From: Candidatus Parcubacteria bacterium | GTDB lineage: Bacteria; Patescibacteriota; Minisyncoccia; UBA6257; HR35 | DNA length: 64,000 bases | Direction of reading: 5' to 3' | NCBI GenBank assembly: GCA_026004495.1 | Contig: BPJG01000001.1 | Location: forward strand, 560,527 to 624,526 | Shown here: positions 29,463-41,611 of the stretch, one piece after another | Position numbering within the stretch: the first letter of the stretch is position 1 | Layout of the letters: the number at the start of each line of letters is the position of its first letter | Notes under the pieces: generated by a model | Told to the model about the DNA's origin: nothing | What the model saw: the letters and a program-made list of their open reading frames with translations, nothing else | Database searches by the model: none | Made by a program: the position numbers and the translations under genes

Positions 29463-31168
29463 TTTGTTATTAATAAAAACTTTAATTAATGATAAATTTT
29501 TGATAATAATATTAATTTTTAATATGAAAAATCTTAATATATTCAAAAGCCTATGTTAAGACTAAACTTTTATATTTAGTTATTTCCTGCCTAATAAGTT
29601 TATTTATTATTAAAATTATTTTTGCCAGCAAATTTTAAATGATTATTATTTTATGTTGATGAATATATAAACTTAATTTAATTGGTAGATAATAACAAAT
29701 GATCTTTTTATTTAATTTCCTTTTCTAATAATAATAAAATTCATATTACTAATTCTTATCTCAATAACACTCGCAAGGAGGGTGATAATCCTATTTTTAT
29801 TCAATCAACTAGTTAAGCACGAACCAATTTTAATATTTCTCTTAGAAATCATAGATCAGCAACGGAAATTTATAAATTTATTACTTCCTATGAGTATGAT
29901 AATCCATCATCATCATTAGTTTTTTAAAGTCTAAAGATGATATTAGATTAATAATTAAAAGAATTATAAGTAATTCTGCTTTAACTTCTAAAATACTTAA
30001 ATTTAATGAAAGATCTAATTATATTTATATTTCTCCTAATCAAATTTTAACTCGAGTTTATAGATGTGATCAAGGGATTCGCTTAATTTTAAAAAAAATT
30101 AATAACCCACCAAATATTAATTAAGTCAATTTTGAATATGATATTCCTAATAGGAAATTTTATTATTAATATTTAGGAACTATTAAGCCTTCTTTATTTT
30201 AAAATAATTAGTTAAAGAAAGCAGACAAACAATATTTGAATTTTTAACTATGACAAATAGAGTTGATGATTCATTTATCATTCCTGTAGGTTTAAATCTT
30301 ATCCCTCTTCAATAAAGATATAATTTAGAATTATTAGTTAAAAATTTAGATAACACTCAGAAATCAAAAATAATTGGCCTTACAAACCGAAATTACATTT
30401 TTAATAATCTTCAATTAAAAATATTTTTAGTCAAAAATATTTCTTCTTAAATCGCAGAAATATGGGTTTTAACAAGTAGAATTTCTGATTTATTAAGTGA
30501 GATTAATAATAGATTTATTATTAATTATGGCACTGAAACCAATCCCATTTATGGGAATAAATTTTTAGTTAATAAATGATGTAGATTTGAAAATATTATC
30601 TATTACTGTGCCAACATCGTTTGATGAATTTACCTCCGGTCATTAAATATAATTTTTATGTTACCCTAATTAATGATGCTAATTTAATTACGACTTCAAC
30701 TATTTATAATTTTACTACCTTAGGTTCAACAACGCCTATAGTTAATAATCTTCAAGTAAACTATAATTCACCTCGAGACAATATTTATGCTTAATAATTA
30801 AAGGAAGGGTAATAGATAAAAATACCCTCTGAGATTTGAAGCTCGATTAAATAAGCAGGAAATTCCAATAAGATTTTTTAATAATCTATTTGAATTCAAT
30901 CTAAACAATATCTAAGTTACAACGACTTCTGAATTAGGGATTATAATTCGAAATAATTTAAACCCTGAAAGAGTTCTTAATTTTTTTTTACCTAATTTAT
31001 CTCGATAGAAATTTAATTTCTAAAATTATATTTTTTATATTTTTATTAAAATTTAAATAAAATTTATAAAAATTTCTATTTTATTTTTTAAAATTACTAA
31101 AATATTTTACATAAATATATATATAAATAAATTTTTAAAAAATATTTATTCTTATTTAATTTATTATT

Positions 31169-32317
31169 TTATTCAATTTCTTCTATTACTATTTCATCTC
31201 CTAAAATATAGGCAATTATAGCTTTATTGTCTTTGGTAAAAGTAAAATCAACCTTATCATAAGGACCATATATTTTATCATTTATTTGAACATAGTATTT
31301 ATTATTTTCTCTATAAGACCATCCATATTTTGAACTATCAGGAGAGAATAATTTTGAACTATCAGGAGAGAATATTACGCCATAAATATTATCATAAGGC
31401 CCATAAATTTTATCATTTAGTTGAATATAGTATTTATTATCTTTTATATATTTCCATCCATATTTTGAACCATCAGGTGAGAATGTTATGTCATAAAAAT
31501 AATCATAAGGACCATAATCATAAGGCCCATATATTTTATCATTTAGTTGAATATAGTATTTATTATCTTTTATATAATACCATCCATATTTTGAACCATC
31601 AGGTGAGAATATTACGCCATAAACATAATCATCATAAGGCCCATAGATTTTATCATTTACTTGAACATACCATTTATCATCTTTTTTATATCTCCATCCA
31701 TATTTTGAACTATCAATAGAGAATGTTATAAAATCAAAATAATCATAAGGCCCATATATTTTATCATTTAGTTGAACATAGTATTGATTATCTTTTTTAT
31801 AAGTTAAGTATACATACTTACCTCTTGTTTCTTCTAATCTTACTCCTGTAATAGACTCTCTATCTAACAATAATTTATATTTTCTTACTCTTCCTTCTTC
31901 TTTCTTAGTTTCTTCTTTCTTAGTTTCCAATTTTATATCTTTACCTTTTATAGGAAATACTTTATTATCTTTTTTCCTTTTAAATGTTAATAATCTAAGT
32001 GTATCCTTATTTATTAATCTTCCTCTAAATTCTCCTGTATTATTATTATTTTCATCATATTCTTTAAGGATAACAGTTTTAGTCTTAAGATTAATCTCTC
32101 CTTCTAATTTTAACCATTTTCCTACTTTATCATATTTATATCTTCATTCTATTTTATTACTATTATCTTTTTGAGATAATTCAAGAGTAATAGGATAATT
32201 AGATATTTTTAGATTATAAGTATTAGTAATTTTATTAGTAGTTATTGTTTGAGCATTAGAAAATAAGGGAGAAAGAATAAGAGAGATAAGGATTAAAGAG
32301 ATTATTAGTTTTTTCAT
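31169..32317 (-). pseudogene. secreted Tyr/Gly-rich tandem-repeat protein whose frame passes through a single in-frame TGA at 32144-32146 (pseudogene, sequencing error or recoding site)
   Basis: ATG at 32317 encodes a 57-aa signal peptide and N-terminus (MKKLIISLILISLILSPLFSNAQ...). An in-frame TGA follows, and the frame then stays open into the track ORF 31169-31930 (TTG start). That ORF encodes about 38-aa repeats: KYGW-YIKDNKYYIQLNDKIYGPYD...FSPDGS. Confidence 0.5.
31250..31800 (-). repeat. intragenic tandem DNA repeats (about 110-120 nt units) encoding the YG beta-repeat modules
   Basis: Recurring near-identical blocks, for example ccataaattttatcatttagttgaa(t/c)atagtatttattatcttt...tccatccatattttgaac. 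Confidence 0.6.
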
Positions 32318-32672
32318 TATTATTTATTGTTTTTTTAAGTTTTTGACTATTTATATTATATAATTATATTATTTAAAATAAATTAATAAACATTATTTTA
32401 ATTATAATATACTTGAATTTTTTTATTCAATATTATATAATTACAATATTATAATTTAAAATATTGTTAATATAATATATAAATTTTATATTTTATAATA
32501 GAAAAATTTTTTCTAAATTAATAAATTTTTAAAATAATTTTTATAGGTAATTTCAAAATTATTAACAATTTTTAAGCTATATTAATAATTAAAAAATTGA
32601 GATAATTTAAATAGTTTTAGATAATTTTTTGAAAAAGTTTATAAATTTAATATTTTAATTATTAAAATTATA

Positions 32673-32709
32673 TATAATTAATAGGAAATTGACGAATTGT
32701 TCAATTTCC
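32673..32709 (+). promoter_or_regulatory. putative groES promoter -10 (TATAAT) followed by a 9-8-9 inverted repeat GGAAATTGA-N8-TCAATTTCC (operator-like, non-CIRCE)
   Basis: TATAAT at 32673-32678, and a perfect 9-bp inverted repeat at 32684-32692/32701-32709, ending 15 nt before the groES ATG. Confidence 0.4.
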
Positions 32710-32723
32710 TATGAGTAAAATTT

Positions 32724-34711
<1,988 letters not shown>

Positions 34712-34761
34712 ATAATTTGATAATTCCAATTGGTAAATAAAATTATTGGCTAAATTAAAAT

Positions 34762-35643
34762 TTGATGCTAGATTTTAAAAAAAAGTTATTTTTTGTATTG
34801 TTGGTGTTATCTATTTTCTTATTTTTTTTAAGTTTTATAAATTTTCAATCAATTAAAAAAAATAAATTAAATATTGTTGTTACTAATGGAGCAGTTTATG
34901 ATTTTGTTAGAAATATAGCAAATGATAAAGTTAACATAATAAGATTAGATTATTATAATGATTTATCTAAAAATAAAAAAATATCGCTATCACTTAATGA
35001 TCTTGAGAAATTAAACTCAGCTAACTTAATATTAAAAATTGGATTTGATTTTGATAATTGGTTAGATGATAATTTCAAGGGTAGATATTATTATCTTTAT
35101 AATAAAGTATTTCTGATTAAAGATGAAGACGAAGCTAATCCTTATTATTGGCTATCAATTAAAAACGCTCAAATTATTATTAGAGATATTAATCAAATTT
35201 TAAAAAGTTACGATCCTAATAATTCTTTTTATTATGATAAAAAAACTTATGATTATTTACTAAAGTTAAAAGAATTAGAAGAGTATGCTAATAATAATTT
35301 AAATAATTTAAAGAATAAAAAATTGGTAATAATTACTCATCCATCGTTAAAGTATTTATTAAAAGACTATGAGATAAAAACTATTGAAATTGATAAACTA
35401 AATGAAATTAAAGCTTCTGAGGTTTTAAAATTGGTTAAATTAATTAAGGATAATCAAATTAAAGTAATTTTTAGCGAAAAGAATTTAATTTTTAATGATT
35501 TCTTGGTGCAAATTATCAATCTTTATGATTTGAAGTTGTATTTTTTGGATAGTATTATATCTATTGATCCAGAAACAAGTTATTATAATTTAATGAAAGA
35601 AAACTTTGATAAAATTAAAGAAGCTTTAAGTGAGAATAATTAA
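34762..35643 (+). CDS. membrane-anchored TroA/ZnuA-like (cluster 9) solute-binding protein, divergent
   Basis: N-terminal TM segment, then KLNIVVTNGAVYDFVRNIANDKVNII, which resembles the start of ZnuA/TroA. ...ITHPSLKYLLKDYEIK aligns with the SHDAFGYF region. Some of the metal-ligand His residues are missing. Confidence 0.4.
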   Translation: MMLDFKKKLFFVLLVLSIFLFFLSFINFQSIKKNKLNIVVTNGAVYDFVRNIANDKVNIIRLDYYNDLSKNKKISLSLNDLEKLNSANLILKIGFDFDNWLDDNFKGRYYYLYNKVFLIKDEDEANPYYWLSIKNAQIIIRDINQILKSYDPNNSFYYDKKTYDYLLKLKELEEYANNNLNNLKNKKLVIITHPSLKYLLKDYEIKTIEIDKLNEIKASEVLKLVKLIKDNQIKVIFSEKNLIFNDFLVQIINLYDLKLYFLDSIISIDPETSYYNLMKENFDKIKEALSENN

Positions 35644-35727
35644 TTATAAAAATATTTAAAGAGATAAAGTTTAATATAATAGTATATTAGATAATAAAAT
35701 TTTTTAATTTATTTAAAATTTAGACAT

Positions 35728-36678
35728 ATGAAGATTAAAAATTTAAGTCAATTAGCTAAATTTTTAGATAGTAAAATAAAAGAATCTAAAAATATTTTAA
35801 TAGTTTCTCATACTAATCCTGATCCTGATTGTCTTTTTTCTCAATTAAGCTTATATTATATATTAAAATATAGATATCCTAATAAAAATTTTATTTTATT
35901 TAACAAAGATTATAATTATCAAAAAGATAATCTTAAAATTATTAACAATGATTTAAGATTAATTGTAAATAGTTTGAGCTGTAGAAAAGATGATATTGAT
36001 TTGATAATAGGTATTGAAATTACTAACGAAGAAAGATTTGGCTTAATAAAAGATTTAATCGATTACAATAAAATTATTATAATTGACCATCATAACTCTT
36101 TTTCGTTAAAATCTTGTTATTATTATTTAGAGGCCAATAGTGAGAGTTGTTCGATTATTATTTTTAAATTAGCTAATTATTTTAATTTTAAAAAAGATTT
36201 GAAATTTAAAATAAATATTTTATCAGGTATAATAGGTGATACAGTGGGTTTTAGATATATTATTAACAGAAAAACTTTTTTAATTTTATCTCAAATATTT
36301 GATGAAAAAATTAAAGTTTTTTTTCTTATAAAACAAATATTTGGATTTAATTTTTTTGAACTAAAAAAAATAACTAAATTAATTGATCAAATTAAAATTT
36401 ATAAAAAGAAGAAATTATTGGTAATTTTTTTAAGTAAAAATAATAAATTTAAAAAAATTAATTCTTTTTTAGAATATTTAAGATTAATTAAAGAAATTGA
36501 AGTAATTGTTCTATTAAAAGAAAAAAGAGGTAAAATTTATGGTAGTTTAAGATCAGAAAGGGTAGATGTTAGTCAAATAGCTCAAAAATTTAATGGTGGA
36601 GGTCATAAAAATTCAGCTGGTTTTGTGAGTAATTTACCAGTAAAAAAAATTATTAATTTTATCCTAAAGGAAATTTAA
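35728..36678 (+). CDS. nrnA: DHH/DHHA1 phosphoesterase, NrnA-like (oligoribonuclease/pAp phosphatase)
   Basis: DHH motifs VSHTNPDPDCLFS and IIIDHHNSF, plus the DHHA1 GGGH motif (FNGGGHKNSAGF). Confidence 0.7.
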   Translation: MKIKNLSQLAKFLDSKIKESKNILIVSHTNPDPDCLFSQLSLYYILKYRYPNKNFILFNKDYNYQKDNLKIINNDLRLIVNSLSCRKDDIDLIIGIEITNEERFGLIKDLIDYNKIIIIDHHNSFSLKSCYYYLEANSESCSIIIFKLANYFNFKKDLKFKINILSGIIGDTVGFRYIINRKTFLILSQIFDEKIKVFFLIKQIFGFNFFELKKITKLIDQIKIYKKKKLLVIFLSKNNKFKKINSFLEYLRLIKEIEVIVLLKEKRGKIYGSLRSERVDVSQIAQKFNGGGHKNSAGFVSNLPVKKIINFILKEI

Positions 36679-36685
36679 AAATTTA

Positions 36686-37597
36686 ATGGACGGCATTGTT
36701 TTATTTTATAAACCAGAAAATTTTTATTCTACTGATGTAGTTAATTATTTTAAAAAATTTACTGATAAAAAAGTAGGCCATGGTGGAACTTTAGATAAAT
36801 TAGCTCAAGGATTATTGATAATTGGAATTGGAAATGGAACTAAATATTTAAAATACTTTTTAAATAAGAGTAAAAAAAATTATTTAGCAGAAATAAAATT
36901 TGGTTATATTTCAGAAACCTATGATAGAGAAGGGAAGTTAAAATTCATTAATAATTGCTATTTTGATATAGAAGAAATTAAAAAGGTTATAGAAAAATTT
37001 AGAGGCAAAATTAAGCAACAACCACCTCCATTTTCAGCTATTAAGATAAAAGGAAAAAGAGCTTATAAACTTGCTAGACAAAATAAAGAATTTGAAATTA
37101 ACTCAAAGGAAGTATATTTGTATGATTATAGAATTATTAATTACGATCCACAAAAGAATATTTTAAAAATAATGCTAAAAGTTAGCTCAGGTTTTTATGT
37201 TAGAAGTTTTGCTAATGATTTAGGCATTAAACTAAAGTGTGGTGCAATTTTATGGAAATTAGTTAGAGAAAAAATAAATTCTTTTAGTATTAATAAAGCG
37301 TTAACTTTTAAAGATTTAGAAAATAATTTTTTAGAGTTTAAAGCTTTTATTAAGGGGAAGGTTCAGGGAGTAGGTTTTCGTTATTATTGTTTAAGTGAAG
37401 CTATAAGATTAAAAATAAATGGTTATGTTAAAAATTTAGATAATGGTCAAGTTAAAGTAGTAGCTCAGGGAAATTTTAATTCTTTGATAAATTTATATGA
37501 AAAATTAAAAATAGGTTCTAAATTATCAAGGGTTGATGAAATTATTGCTATTTGGCAAAAACCTGTATTTATTTATAATAATTTTGAAATTTTTTAA
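36686..37597 (+). CDS. truB: tRNA pseudouridine(55) synthase TruB fused to a C-terminal acylphosphatase-like domain
   Basis: The TruB N-terminus has the catalytic-Asp region GHGGTLDKLAQGLLIIGIG. The last 90 aa carry the acylphosphatase signatures KGKVQGVGFRYY and GYVKNLDNGQVKVVAQG. Confidence 0.75.
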   Translation: MDGIVLFYKPENFYSTDVVNYFKKFTDKKVGHGGTLDKLAQGLLIIGIGNGTKYLKYFLNKSKKNYLAEIKFGYISETYDREGKLKFINNCYFDIEEIKKVIEKFRGKIKQQPPPFSAIKIKGKRAYKLARQNKEFEINSKEVYLYDYRIINYDPQKNILKIMLKVSSGFYVRSFANDLGIKLKCGAILWKLVREKINSFSINKALTFKDLENNFLEFKAFIKGKVQGVGFRYYCLSEAIRLKINGYVKNLDNGQVKVVAQGNFNSLINLYEKLKIGSKLSRVDEIIAIWQKPVFIYNNFEIF

Positions 37598-37598
37598 A

Positions 37599-38849
37599 AT
37601 GGAAATTTTATTTGAAAATGTAAATTTTAAACAAACAGTTTTAAAAAATACTTTCTGGTTATATTTAGGTAATTTTATTTCAAAAGTAATTAAATTTTTA
37701 ATAATAATTTTATCAGCTAGATATCTAGGCCCTGAAAATTATGGTAATTTTTCTTATATTTTAGCAATTATAGGAATATTTTTTAGTTTTGTAGATTGGG
37801 GCAGCGGATCTCTAACTATTAGAGATTACCAATTAGTTAGCGATAAAAGAAAATTATTTAACAGTTTTATAAGTTTTAGATTGATATTACTTCTGATATC
37901 TTTATTTTTTATTTTTTCTATTTTTTTATTATTTAAAGATTTTCATTCCCGCTTAATTGCTTTAATTATTTTTATTTTTACTTTTATTTCTCATTTAAAG
38001 TATATAATTACTAATATTTTTCAAGCTTTAAAAAAAATGGAATATGATGGGCTTTCATTTATAATAGAAAATTTTTCTATTTTTATTTTTGTGGTCTTTT
38101 TGGTTAGGAATTTCCCTGATTCATTTTATCTATCATTATCTTATCTAATAGGTATAGTAATTTCACTTATTTATTGTCTTTTTATTTTTTCAAAATTTTT
38201 TAGGTTAAAAGATTTGCATTTTGTATCTGATTATTTTAAGTATTTTTTAATAAATGGAACACCTTTATTATTTTTTGGAATATTAGGATTTATTTTTTTT
38301 TCAACAGATCAAATAGTTTTAGGCTATTTAAGGGGTAGTGAGGAAGTAGGTTATTATAGTTTAGCTTCAAAAATAATAATAAATCTAAATTTAATTATTT
38401 CCTTATTTTTAGCATCTTTTTTGCCTAATTTTAGCGAAATTAGAGATAATAAGCAAAGAGTTTTGGGAATTTTAAATAAAGTTCTTATTTATAATTTTCT
38501 AATTTATTTTATACTAATAACTATTTTAATTTTAATTCCTAAAAACTTATTAATTTTTATATTAGGAGATAATTACGCATTTACAATTGATTTACTTAAA
38601 TTTTTAGCCCCCTTTATTTTATTACTTTCAAATATCACTATTTTAGATAATATTCTTTTTGTTTATAATCAGCAATGGAATAATTTTTTTATTACTTCTA
38701 TTTGTGCCTTATTAAATTTAATTTTAAATTTAATATTGATTCCTAATTATGGAGGTTATGGAGCTGGTTTAGCTACTTATATAAGTCAATTACTTAACTT
38801 AATTTTATCTTTTTATTTAATTAGAAAAATTATTTTTAATAGAATATAA
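37599..38849 (+). CDS. MOP-superfamily flippase (Wzx/MurJ-like polysaccharide or lipid-II flippase)
   Basis: About 417 aa with roughly 12-14 TM helices and the typical size and topology. ATG at 37599 follows the truB stop; the track's upstream start overlaps truB. Confidence 0.55.
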   Translation: MEILFENVNFKQTVLKNTFWLYLGNFISKVIKFLIIILSARYLGPENYGNFSYILAIIGIFFSFVDWGSGSLTIRDYQLVSDKRKLFNSFISFRLILLLISLFFIFSIFLLFKDFHSRLIALIIFIFTFISHLKYIITNIFQALKKMEYDGLSFIIENFSIFIFVVFLVRNFPDSFYLSLSYLIGIVISLIYCLFIFSKFFRLKDLHFVSDYFKYFLINGTPLLFFGILGFIFFSTDQIVLGYLRGSEEVGYYSLASKIIINLNLIISLFLASFLPNFSEIRDNKQRVLGILNKVLIYNFLIYFILITILILIPKNLLIFILGDNYAFTIDLLKFLAPFILLLSNITILDNILFVYNQQWNNFFITSICALLNLILNLILIPNYGGYGAGLATYISQLLNLILSFYLIRKIIFNRI

Positions 38850-38995
38850 TCAAATAACCAATAAATTAAAGCAAATATTGAGGTAAAAATAATTATATTT
38901 ATGGTTAAACTTATCGTTTCGTTTAAGCTTAACCAATTAACTTTTTTTAATTCATTTATAGATTCCCTAAAATAATTTAAAATAAATTTAATCAT
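38813..38995 (-). CDS. secE: preprotein translocase subunit SecE
   Basis: The 60-aa sequence MIKFILNYFRESINELKKVNWLSLNETISLTINIIIFTSIFALIYWLFDYIL matches the conserved SecE pattern (FxxEv..ElkKV.WPsrkEl... followed by a TM helix). It lies 3 nt downstream of clpB. Confidence 0.75.
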   Translation of the reverse strand: MIKFILNYFRESINELKKVNWLSLNETISLTINIIIFTSIFALIYWLFDYILLKIIFLIK

Positions 38996-38998
38996 TTT

Positions 38999-41611
38999 TT
39001 ATTTTAGATAACTGATTTCTAATTCTTTATTAGATTTTAATTTAAGTAAAATTTTTTGACCTTCTTTAATTTTATTCATTATAATTTTTTCAGCTAATGG
39101 ATTAAGGATAATTTTTTGAATCATTCTTTGTAATGGTCTGGCTCCATATTCAGGATCGAATCCTTTTTCAATAAGATAATTTTTAATTTCTTCACTAAAT
39201 TCAATTTTCATACCTTTCTTTATCAAGTTATTTGCTACTTTATTTAATTGAATATCAACTATCTTTCTTAGGCTTTCTTTAGTTAATGGTTTAAAGATTA
39301 TAATTTCATCTATTCTATTAATAAATTCTGGTTTAAAAAAATCCTTTAAAGATTTCAAAACTTTATCTTGCTGATTTTCTATTTCATTGGTTTCGTTTTT
39401 CTCAAATCCAAGAGAACCTATCTTTCTAAAATAATAACTACCAATATTTGAAGTCATAATTATTATTGTATTTCTAAAATTAACAGTAAAACCCTTACTA
39501 TCGGTTAATCTTCCTTCATCTAAAATTTGAAGAAGTATATTAAATACTTCAGGATGAGCCTTTTCAATTTCATCAAATAATATTAAGCTATAAGGTCGTC
39601 TTTTAACCATTTCTGTTAATTGACCACCTTCTTCATAACCAACATAACCTGGGGGAGAACCTATTAATTTGGCTACTGAATGAGGTTCCATATATTCTGA
39701 CATATCAAATCTTATTATCGCTTTTTCATCATTGAACATAAATTCTGATAAAGCTCGAGCGGTTTCAGTTTTTCCTACACCGGTTGGACCTAAGAATATA
39801 AATGAAGCTATTGGTTTTTTTTCATCAGATAAACCAGCCCTAGCTCTTCTTAAAGCATTAGCTACAGCACTGATTGCTTCATCTTGTCCTATTACTCTTT
39901 GTTTAAGTATTTCTTCTGCTTTTAATAATTTTTTAGCTTCATCTTCTAAAATTTTATGAACAGGAATGCCGGTCCAGCGAGATACTATTTGAGCTATTGT
40001 TTCTTCTGTTACTTCTTCTCTTATAAACTTAAGTTTATTTTTTTTAATATTTTCTTCAATTTCGTTTATTTCTTTATTAATTAGAGGAATTTCTCCATAG
40101 ATTATTTCTGCAACACGAGAAAGATTTCCTTTATTTTCTTGTTCTTCAATTTCTCTTTGAAGATCTTCTATCTTCTTTTTTAATGAATTATATCTTTCTT
40201 TAATTGATTTTTCCTTATTCCATTCATTTTCTAATTTTTCCTCAATTTTTTTTAATTTTTTTAATTTGGCATCAATTAATTTCAATTTATTTTTATAATT
40301 TTCATTTTCCTTCATTAAGGCTTCTCTTTCAATTTCTAATTTTCTAATTTCTTTTTTGATATTTTCTAATTCTTGAGGCATACTTTCAGCTTCTAATCTT
40401 AAACTTGCCGAGGCTTCATCAATTAAATCAATTGCCTTGTCAGGCAGAAATCTGTCTGTTATATATCTTATTGATAAATCTACAGCCGCAATTATTGCAC
40501 TATCAGTAATTCTAATTCCATGATGAATTTCATATTTTTCTTTTAAGCCTCTTAAAATAGCGATAGTATCATCTCTTTTAGGTTCTTCAATCAAAACTGG
40601 TTGAAATCTTCTCATTAAAGCAGGGTCTTTTTCAAAGTATAACTTATAATCTCGAATAGTTGTAGCTCCAATTATTTGAATTTCTCCTTTAGCTAATGGT
40701 GGTTTTAAAAGATTAGAAGCGTCAACTGCACCTTCAGCGGCGCCTGCTCCTACTAAAGTATGAGCTTCGTCGATAAAAATAATAAATTTACCGGGATTAT
40801 GTTTTATTTCTCTTAAAATTGATTTTAATCTGTCTTCAAATTCACCTCTATATTTTGCTCCAGCTATTAAAGCTCCTAAGTCTAGAGAAATTATTTCTTT
40901 ATTGATTAGAGAATAAGGAACTTCGTTATTTACAATTTTTTGAGCTAATCCTTCGATAATAGCAGTTTTACCTACTCCTGGTTCTCCTAGTAAAATAGGA
41001 TTATTTTTTGTTCTTCTTGATAAAATTTCTATTATTCTTTTAATTTCATTTTCTCTTCCTATTATAGGATCCAATTTTTTTTGTTTAGCTAATTCTGTCA
41101 AGTTAATACTATATTTTTCTAAGGCCCTATACTTAGTTTCTGGAGTTTCATCAATAATTTTTTGACCTCGACGTAAATTTAAAAGAATTTTTGATATCCT
41201 TTCATTCGTTAAACCAAATCTTTCTAAAATATATTTAGCTACTGATTTTATTTCGGTTAAAGCTAAAAATATATGTTCTACAGAAATAAATTCATCATTT
41301 AATTTTCTGGCTATCAATGAAGCTTGATCTAAAATTTGAAATGTTTCTTGAGCTAAGTATAGTTGTCCAATATTAGTTACCGAAAAAATTTTTGGTATTC
41401 GATTTAATTCCTCTTCAATTATTTTTAGAAGATAATTTTTATCTAATTTTACCTCTTGAAAAATATCATTAATTATAGTATCTTCTTGAGAAATAAGAGC
41501 ATAAAGTAAATGTATTCCTTTTATTTCAGAATGGTGATATTTTAAAGTAAAATCTTGAGCTTTCTGAAGAGCTTCTTGAGCCTTTATGGTAAATTTATTA
41601 AATGAAAACAT
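38999..41611 (-). CDS. clpB: ATP-dependent chaperone ClpB
   Basis: 870 aa with a Clp N-domain, two AAA+ modules (GEPGVGKT and GPTGVGKT), and the long coiled-coil M-domain diagnostic of ClpB. Confidence 0.9.
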   Translation of the reverse strand: MFSFNKFTIKAQEALQKAQDFTLKYHHSEIKGIHLLYALISQEDTIINDIFQEVKLDKNYLLKIIEEELNRIPKIFSVTNIGQLYLAQETFQILDQASLIARKLNDEFISVEHIFLALTEIKSVAKYILERFGLTNERISKILLNLRRGQKIIDETPETKYRALEKYSINLTELAKQKKLDPIIGRENEIKRIIEILSRRTKNNPILLGEPGVGKTAIIEGLAQKIVNNEVPYSLINKEIISLDLGALIAGAKYRGEFEDRLKSILREIKHNPGKFIIFIDEAHTLVGAGAAEGAVDASNLLKPPLAKGEIQIIGATTIRDYKLYFEKDPALMRRFQPVLIEEPKRDDTIAILRGLKEKYEIHHGIRITDSAIIAAVDLSIRYITDRFLPDKAIDLIDEASASLRLEAESMPQELENIKKEIRKLEIEREALMKENENYKNKLKLIDAKLKKLKKIEEKLENEWNKEKSIKERYNSLKKKIEDLQREIEEQENKGNLSRVAEIIYGEIPLINKEINEIEENIKKNKLKFIREEVTEETIAQIVSRWTGIPVHKILEDEAKKLLKAEEILKQRVIGQDEAISAVANALRRARAGLSDEKKPIASFIFLGPTGVGKTETARALSEFMFNDEKAIIRFDMSEYMEPHSVAKLIGSPPGYVGYEEGGQLTEMVKRRPYSLILFDEIEKAHPEVFNILLQILDEGRLTDSKGFTVNFRNTIIIMTSNIGSYYFRKIGSLGFEKNETNEIENQQDKVLKSLKDFFKPEFINRIDEIIIFKPLTKESLRKIVDIQLNKVANNLIKKGMKIEFSEEIKNYLIEKGFDPEYGARPLQRMIQKIILNPLAEKIIMNKIKEGQKILLKLKSNKELEISYLK

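Noticed and set aside
29870-29910. ATGAGTATGATAATCCATCATCATCATTAG (MSMIIHHHH*) resembling a His-tag remnant
   Set aside because: Only four CAT codons in an AT-rich context and no vector-like flanks. Most likely coincidental.
31330-31719. Plus-strand 129-aa His-rich ORF
   Set aside because: It is the antisense frame of the tandem-repeat gene. Its internal repetition simply mirrors the sense-strand repeats.
32100-32150. Selenocysteine insertion at the in-frame TGA
   Set aside because: No GC-rich SECIS-like hairpin immediately downstream of the TGA, and no sel genes in the window. The codon sits in a non-catalytic linker after the signal peptide.
32318-32723. CIRCE/HrcA element upstream of groES
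   Set aside because: No match to TTAGCACTC-N9-GAGTGCTAA was found. A different inverted repeat is present instead.
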